A stretch of DNA of 31,169 nt, taken from the IMG/VR virus record IMGVR_UViG_3300020043_000777, positions 1 to 31,169 of that record; one strand, given 5' to 3'. The position numbers were made by a program, and so were the translations under genes. Positions 27,701 through 31,169 of the stretch are shown in pieces. Position 1 is the stretch's first letter, and each line of letters opens with the position of its first letter. This DNA comes from a virus. Taxonomy: Duplodnaviria > Caudoviricetes. Below the pieces are notes generated by a model, which worked only from the letters and a program-made list of their open reading frames with translations, made no database searches and was not told the DNA's origin.

Positions 27701-29411
27701 GGAGCAAAAGCGCGGCATGAACATCGTGCGTGCGTTCCGAGATGGCAAGCAAGAGTTGTACGACATGGCTGACCCCCTGTTCGTACCGGCTTTCTCGTCT
27801 ATCCAGAACGTCTCCATTCCTACCTTGACTTTCATGTCCAAGGTATCGAACGTGCTGCGACAGTCAGTGGTTCTGTACCCGCTGTTCTCTGTTGCCCAGG
27901 TTCCTCAGGATTCCTTCGCGGCGATGTTCTCGTCTGGTCTGAAGACGCAGCATGCTTTGAAGATTCCATTCCTTGCGGTGAAGGAGTTTATTAAGACTCT
28001 TTCCAAGACAAGCCAGACACACAACGAACTGACCAAGTATGGCGTTGTGGGGGTGCGAGATTTCTCCGCGACGATTATCCGCAATGACGCTGAAATCTAT
28101 GCCGGATTGAAGCCTCCCAAAGGTGGATGGGGCAAGACCAAGGAGTTCATGGAGCACATTGCCATGTCTGCCGATAACGCCGTGCGTCAAGCGGTGTATG
28201 AGGCATCCATGCAGCAAGGACTGAACAAGTCTGAGGCTCTTGAGAAGGCGTTTGAGATCATCAACTTCCGCCGCCGTGGCACGAGCAAGATGCTGAACGT
28301 GATGGGCCAAACCGTCCCGTTCTTCTATGCTTACCTCTCCGCTCAGAGAGTTGCTTATCGTGTTCTGTCTGGGGTGGGTATCTCTCCGTCAGAACGCAAG
28401 GAAGCACTGACTACCCTAGCCACTACATCTGCTGCCGTGGCGGCGTTGTCCATGCTCTACGCGATGGCGAACGGGGATGATGAGGACTACGCAGAAACCC
28501 CTGCTGCTATCCGTGACCGGACGCTGACCATTCCCGGATCTGGTGGTGTGCGGATTCCGCTGCGGCCTGACTTCTTCCTCTTCCCAAAAATTGTCGCTGA
28601 GCACACGTACCTGATACTCAGTGACAAGGGGTATGAGGACGGCGCTAAGTTTAGGAAGTCAATGGCTGATGCGCTTCTCAGCGCGGTTGCCAGCCCGACA
28701 CCGTTCCCCACGGCTATCAAGCCCGCCATCGAGGTAGCCATCAACTACGACTTCTTTCAGGGTAAACCCTTGATCGGAACCTTTGAGAAGCAGAAGGAAA
28801 TCGAGCGACAATTCCGGGATTCGACTTCAGAGTTGGCGAAGATACTTTCCAACGTGCCGTTGTCCTACAGTTTGGAAAAAGGCAAGTTTGAAGGGCTTTC
28901 ACCTATCGCCATAGATCACATGATCCGTGGCATGCTGGGTTCGTTCGGTGGTTTGGTTCTGTTTGGAACGAATCAGTTCCTGCACTCTGATCCTGACGTT
29001 TCAAGACCGGAGATGTCAGCGAACGAGATGCTTGCAGCGCTGCCGGGTACATCTGGCCTGCTTAAGCGTCCTCAAGAATCAGCCCTGAAGAACGACTTCT
29101 TCGTGCTTCGCGATGCAGTAGAGAAAGCGGCCAACACCTTCAACGACATCAAGACCCGTAGCCCCGAGGGGATTCAAGCGTTCTTGGAAGACGAGAAGAA
29201 CGCCATCCGTCTAGGCATGGCTAAGGGTGTTGACAAAATTAACAGGCACTTGTCAGACATCCGTAGAAGGATGACCATCATCACGAACATGCCTGAGAGC
29301 CAGATGCCTGCCGATGAGAAAGCAGAAAACATCCGGGAACTGAGGGAACTTGAGCGTGAAATTTTGCGCTCAGTGAACGTCAAGGAACTGCGGGAGATGG
29401 CGAAGATTTAA
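21717..29411 (+). CDS. Large polyvalent virion protein, 2564 aa: membrane-inserting N-terminus, two zincin metallopeptidases, ADP-ribosyltransferase, LPD38-like C-terminus
   Basis: HEIVH at 24519-24533 with downstream QEFVAE; HEAIH at 25797-25811 with EEAVGD; ART signature at 26229-26650; LPD38-like motifs (P.IE...NYDFF.GKP.I, STSELAK, SPIAIDHMIRG..GS.G) at ~28476-28980. Confidence 0.85.
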   Translation: MALDFSKFGTPVEQTSALDFSKFGTPVQPPEKESAFRQIADVPLGIAKGAVQGVRMIADAFGAGSDTSKTIKSAETYLADLMSAQAKNDQQEISRIMKDAEDKGVLDQVKAGIKAFSVAPIDTLSSALGTAAPVIAGALGAKILGAGALVSTGVSALTGAGMGAGVVKGSIYEETKKALKDAGASEQDAETRAELAQQYNGKNLDQILLGTVLGGAAAVGPLEKGGAAILARRILGKTGTEATETVAEQAAKGAVRRRLEAGALEAVPEAIQAGQEQVAQNIALQREGFDVPTFRGAVSAATLEGIAGGGLGAAVGGGKPAVAPEAEPAPPVAPPPEAPEAELEQLTPQQKQELERQRALRERPQTTEELLAGITPAPTTTPLDVARIRDEHETAVIEGLLAQDAEMKLANDFARRQLELESEAEATAGGISDVDTRVREGRIFSRVQDLIDRNIPYASTAINDINQKFGVIKEAPLTEDERARVENIMGMVSTFTNFVNLPVLAPKLVDPFAENQQMEALIRERTESGQAQPVRTAPAAPSPSVQETPVSQGVGEGPAVRPTSGVEPSVAEDSELVTPPAAVETPAPTAPSAPDRAQVQSTLNTLEDGDTIVTDDGDRVVVSKVIRNKNGDVTAIVTPKIDEEGFTGIDFDGLASFVTPQPYMDSTTGERKFTSPATIEKAAAPAVPAPAAQESAVEPAAPTAKTPSERQERIAFGKAISAAQPYPGSLRGRVNLPAQKAAKEGNFQGVLSALEKSKNVIVAEIAKRAKSLGTKIVIDSNAEETYTGPSTLMRQMSIDGAKMHLDALEKIRALAPQVDALPDKAELSYAIRGETINAIDNGESAGRMGLEDIARMGHSMFAPLSIGESKLRTKEDFKRLQKAYEDLTSEYGENALQLTSTGSAEMRGVAGAYDADTDTIRVPEYTAKREEVLSHEIVHAQTVQSIANPTLRQKPIVARLNKLYEHVKKELEGRPGRAPYGIQSIQEFVAEGMGNPVFQFLLKKIKYENTSAWDSFVQTIANLIGVKRDTAFTELLSIYSDLTTEQKAAAPTVEAAAPKAEAPPTLDTSGVTPAKGRHPQVQAAAKLLQEKKMSREEFEKYVDAYKPIETIKAETLYPPSSVESMAKAIRGAENKRKINIPIADGTRVGLRMDLPARDQGVPVVSIHEGKPNDDPKTGKPYKSSGKVIGYGSTGYLKDVFFAPRDQEKSLVMGIEPIKEPLQTAEGTWFNLSPEETYARVKELMKDPAWKQIGFDPSRHGYFYDRKTTQPVVSASEMYQVGQFLLAKDVEYAPKENYLYSLGGERAQVQAFEQTLRSLLNKFGLKDVGLKILDGMTDSGSYAAQLIRIAADAANPVRTLRHEAIHALRELGFFTDAQWSSLSKMAKDKWIDQYLKQRNVDGKPLKAGEESRYDAYMREYNGDMEKITEEAVGDAFADFDATKPPAGMLQALLKRMKDLFQSIKSALTKVESPEQIFGKVEKGELKEGAREAKGEAKSLRDRATANFKRWFGDSKVVDEKGEPLVVYHGGPSGITAFDASRQDVTASYGPGFYFTTSANRAKSMYALGPKSEVYPVYLSIQNPATLDQARKLKFDRKAMEAAGFDGIAIEREGDTEYVAFKSTQIKSATQNNGDYSLTNADIRKSLGGRNPGEQAISIVNSLGMGVKPPEPGRAEKAMKILKDAGENPSLTKESAKKTLTKWLDWFETTVFSSDSAFNNKIRRGIISDFKQNPEVLGMLLEASQSQTVHADALASQFMIDGGLQYNEELKKWESVKKEDNFVALAKKIEDLATKYNVTKDEMERIAHTYFVAKRLPGIIKRNEELDAEIKAERATAKPDRKQIEEWESLKVFVSDEQLAMMEPGLSLVKTIPELKEVVDIWQGIRKNNIDVMVNSGLWSPEYATAMWDNMDYVPYYREEQLEEGAGPQEFIRGLQVKSKEFQLKGSGAAVNDVFDNMIRWSQYAMNRAIRAHKATQMIDAALKIEVDGKPMATKVTEQKRGMNIVRAFRDGKQELYDMADPLFVPAFSSIQNVSIPTLTFMSKVSNVLRQSVVLYPLFSVAQVPQDSFAAMFSSGLKTQHALKIPFLAVKEFIKTLSKTSQTHNELTKYGVVGVRDFSATIIRNDAEIYAGLKPPKGGWGKTKEFMEHIAMSADNAVRQAVYEASMQQGLNKSEALEKAFEIINFRRRGTSKMLNVMGQTVPFFYAYLSAQRVAYRVLSGVGISPSERKEALTTLATTSAAVAALSMLYAMANGDDEDYAETPAAIRDRTLTIPGSGGVRIPLRPDFFLFPKIVAEHTYLILSDKGYEDGAKFRKSMADALLSAVASPTPFPTAIKPAIEVAINYDFFQGKPLIGTFEKQKEIERQFRDSTSELAKILSNVPLSYSLEKGKFEGLSPIAIDHMIRGMLGSFGGLVLFGTNQFLHSDPDVSRPEMSANEMLAALPGTSGLLKRPQESALKNDFFVLRDAVEKAANTFNDIKTRSPEGIQAFLEDEKNAIRLGMAKGVDKINRHLSDIRRRMTIITNMPESQMPADEKAENIRELRELEREILRSVNVKELREMAKI
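26229..26650 (+). other. ART-PolyVal-type ADP-ribosyltransferase domain within the giant protein
   Basis: NFKRWFGDSKVVD..GEPLVVYHG...G.GFYFT...A..YA...VYPVYL.I.NP...GFDGI...EYVAF...QIKSA..N.G; H1527, Y1552 and E1615. Confidence 0.88.
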
Positions 29412-30244
29412 TCCCCACAGAAGCAGGCTATGCCTTCTTCGTCGGAGAACATATCCATCTGCTGCTCGGCAAACTTTGCCATCTGGGCGTAGGAGGGGCG
29501 GTCTAAACGGAAACGGGAAGCAGAGTCGGCAACGGCTTCTGCTTTCTGCTCCATAGCGGCCCACCAGATTGCGCGTTCTGGCTTCTCTTGTATCAGGCTC
29601 AGAATCTGGCTTGCTGGCTTTAGGTAGCACAGATCGCAGTTGCCGTGCATCGTTTTGCCGTTGATGTTGGGTAGTTCAAGATCAAAAGATTGTTGATCCC
29701 AGAACTCGCCAACCTGTTCTGCCGATACTTGTTCAATAGCCAGAGGCATATGCACCTCTTCGCCTTTGAACTCTGGGCGAGGATTGGCTCTAAATTTTGA
29801 TACGCGGCGCGGCTCATCTGCGCGGATACCGATCAGGGTATCCCAGTCTTCCCACCCTAAATTTTTAAGGTAGCGGTGCATGGTGCGGGTCTTCATTTCA
29901 GAAGAGCAATACCTCGCAACTTTGTTGGGCAGGTAGCCACCGCGCTGCTGGATGATAGCCTCAAACGGTTCGCCGTTTCTGCTGGCGGATTCAAACGTAA
30001 CAACTTCAAATGCAGGGCCGACGCGGTACTCCACCCAAGTAATCGGTACTCCCCACTCTTTGCTGCACCGATCTACAAACCTTAGCGTGGCTTCTTCTTC
30101 CTTTCCAGTGTTGGCAAAGCAGACTTTGGCTTCATCAGGCAAGCCGCCGTTGCTCTGAAGCACACGCCATAGCATGTACGCAGAGGTACGCCCACCTGAG
30201 AAAGAGATGCAGGTAAGGCCGTTAATTTTGAATGGGTCGTTCAT
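29408..30244 (-). CDS. Phage PAPS-reductase-family (PP-loop, adenine nucleotide alpha hydrolase-like) protein
   Basis: SFSGGRTS PP-loop, FANTGKE, R.CS.EMK, IGIRADE.RR, GNCDLCYLK and terminal CFCGD. Confidence 0.85.
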   Translation of the reverse strand: MNDPFKINGLTCISFSGGRTSAYMLWRVLQSNGGLPDEAKVCFANTGKEEEATLRFVDRCSKEWGVPITWVEYRVGPAFEVVTFESASRNGEPFEAIIQQRGGYLPNKVARYCSSEMKTRTMHRYLKNLGWEDWDTLIGIRADEPRRVSKFRANPRPEFKGEEVHMPLAIEQVSAEQVGEFWDQQSFDLELPNINGKTMHGNCDLCYLKPASQILSLIQEKPERAIWWAAMEQKAEAVADSASRFRLDRPSYAQMAKFAEQQMDMFSDEEGIACFCGD

Positions 30245-30573
30245 ACAGAGTTCTTCGCACGCAGCACTTCTTCTACCCGGCTAACACCTACGAACCCGCA
30301 GGCTCTGAAGTAGTCACGCTCATCGTCCGTCAGGCCGTGCCAAGGTTTATCAACCTTTATCTCGGGTTTGATAATTGGCGGGGCTGGCTTTAGCGTAGCC
30401 TCTACTGTTTCAACCCAATGCTCAAAGGCTGCTTGGGCTTTGTCTTCTGGCTGGGGCAAGTAGGCACGCAGATCTTCCATGCGTTCTTGGAGCATTCCAT
30501 CGCCAGCTTTGAGAAGCGGGGTGGTATCCCACGCCTCCAGCGCCCGAAGGGCAGCAGTACGAAGATCAGTCAT
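30241..30573 (-). CDS. Hypothetical phage protein
   Basis: ATGA-coupled at both ends, AGGAG RBS upstream, modular MTDLR.AA..ALEAW and W.GLTDDE...E..LRAKN motifs typical of phage accessory genes. Confidence 0.7.
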   Translation of the reverse strand: MTDLRTAALRALEAWDTTPLLKAGDGMLQERMEDLRAYLPQPEDKAQAAFEHWVETVEATLKPAPPIIKPEIKVDKPWHGLTDDERDYFRACGFVGVSRVEEVLRAKNSV

Positions 30574-30809
30574 ACATTCTCCTGCTTAGCTGAACGATGG
30601 GGTTTGAAGTCTGAACTCTTTGAGCACTCGGCCAATAGCCAGCGGGTGCATTTGCCTTCTGGCCCGCTGTCAACGCAATCGGGATAGCGGCATGGCTCCG
30701 GCTGCGTCAGAGCGGCGCGAAGAACGTTGATGGCGTGCCAATTCTTGGGCGATGTAGTTGTTATCAATGCCTCCAGCGCCTGCTCCACAATCTCACGATC
30801 TATTTGCAT
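30570..30809 (-). CDS. Hypothetical phage protein, 79 aa, Cys-rich C-terminal half (start revised to 30809)
   Basis: MQIDREIVEQALEAL...AI..LRAAL.QPEP followed by C-x4-C-x8-C-x7-C; AGGA upstream. The longer 30908 start would lie deep inside the neighbouring gene. Confidence 0.65.
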   Translation of the reverse strand: MQIDREIVEQALEALITTTSPKNWHAINVLRAALTQPEPCRYPDCVDSGPEGKCTRWLLAECSKSSDFKPHRSAKQENV

Positions 30810-31059
30810 ACAGGTTCCTGATGGTTTCGTTAAGGGCGTCCAACTCATCCCACTTCTTGATGCGCCACAAAGTTTTGGTGCCGTGCCAGTTGGCATGGCA
30901 GTCTGCACATAACGCTACCGTGATGAAGTGTTTCTGCTGTTCAATGTGGTGGCACTGAGAAGGCGGCGGCGCGGCGCAGAGTGAGCAAGGGAGCGAAGCG
31001 ACAGCAGCCAGATGCTCCTGCTCATCCTTAGTCTTACTTTTGTGGTTTTTGCTGAACAT
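30793..31059 (-). CDS. Small Zn-binding HNH-fold nuclease (Ref/DUF968-like), 88 aa
   Basis: EQEHLAAVASLPCSLC......CHHI......VALCADCH...HG, i.e. CxxC-HH-CxxCH-H arrangement. Confidence 0.7.
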   Translation of the reverse strand: MFSKNHKSKTKDEQEHLAAVASLPCSLCAAPPPSQCHHIEQQKHFITVALCADCHANWHGTKTLWRIKKWDELDALNETIRNLYANRS

Positions 31060-31168
31060 CTTCCACCCACCTAAGAACACCAGACAGTGCTCTCATCATG
31101 TCAGTGACGTTCTGTTCTACGTCATAAGTTTTATGTAAGCACTTATTCTCTATTTGTTTGAGGTTACG
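31034..31168 (-). CDS. 3' end of a hypothetical protein, truncated by the window edge
   Basis: Open - strand frame from the edge: RNLKQIENKCLHKTYDVEQNVTDMMRALSGVLRWVEDVQQKPQK*, overlapping the next gene start. Confidence 0.55.
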   Translation of the reverse strand, partial: RNLKQIENKCLHKTYDVEQNVTDMMRALSGVLRWVEDVQQKPQK

Positions 31169-31169
31169 T

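Noticed and set aside
21777-29383. Numerous 60-220 aa - strand ORFs inside the giant gene
   Set aside because: Expected antisense shadows of a biased-codon gene, with no motifs.
1-31169. tRNA, rRNA, integrase/att site or intrinsic terminators
   Set aside because: Coding density is near complete and none were recognisable by eye; a covariance-model search would be needed to exclude small RNAs.

Overview
This 31.2-kb window is part of a tailed dsDNA phage (Caudoviricetes), most likely short-tailed/podovirus-like. It has no tail tube, sheath or tape-measure operon, but carries a P22 gp10-like tail hub gene and a run of internal-virion (ejection) protein genes. From 1 to 29411 a tightly packed + strand late operon encodes two paralogous head-tail adaptor-like proteins, small virion proteins, a 22-aa-repeat fibre with an apparently swappable tip cassette, and a tail fibre with an S74 intramolecular chaperone that is split by a 1-nt frameshift near 6600. 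It continues with a holin and GH24 endolysin, the tail hub, a tail needle/spike-like protein, four low-complexity ejection-type proteins, and a 2564-aa polyvalent protein (two HExxH zincins, an H-Y-E ADP-ribosyltransferase, an LPD38-like C-terminus and an unnamed enzyme-like module). Two free-standing endonucleases interrupt the operon: an HNH in sense and a GIY-YIG-like gene in antisense. From 29408 a convergent - strand block begins, with a PAPS-reductase-family protein, two small hypotheticals, a Ref/HNH-like Zn nuclease and a truncated ORF. The most striking unexplained structures are (i) mirror-ordered 15-aa and 29-aa repeat arrays in the 820-aa ejection protein, suggesting a hairpin ruler, and (ii) short motifs ([FYLM]-x-x-G-G and QGIASL) shared across several virion cargo proteins, together with a lambda tape-measure-type C-terminal module. 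All family assignments come from motif recognition by eye; no database searches were run.
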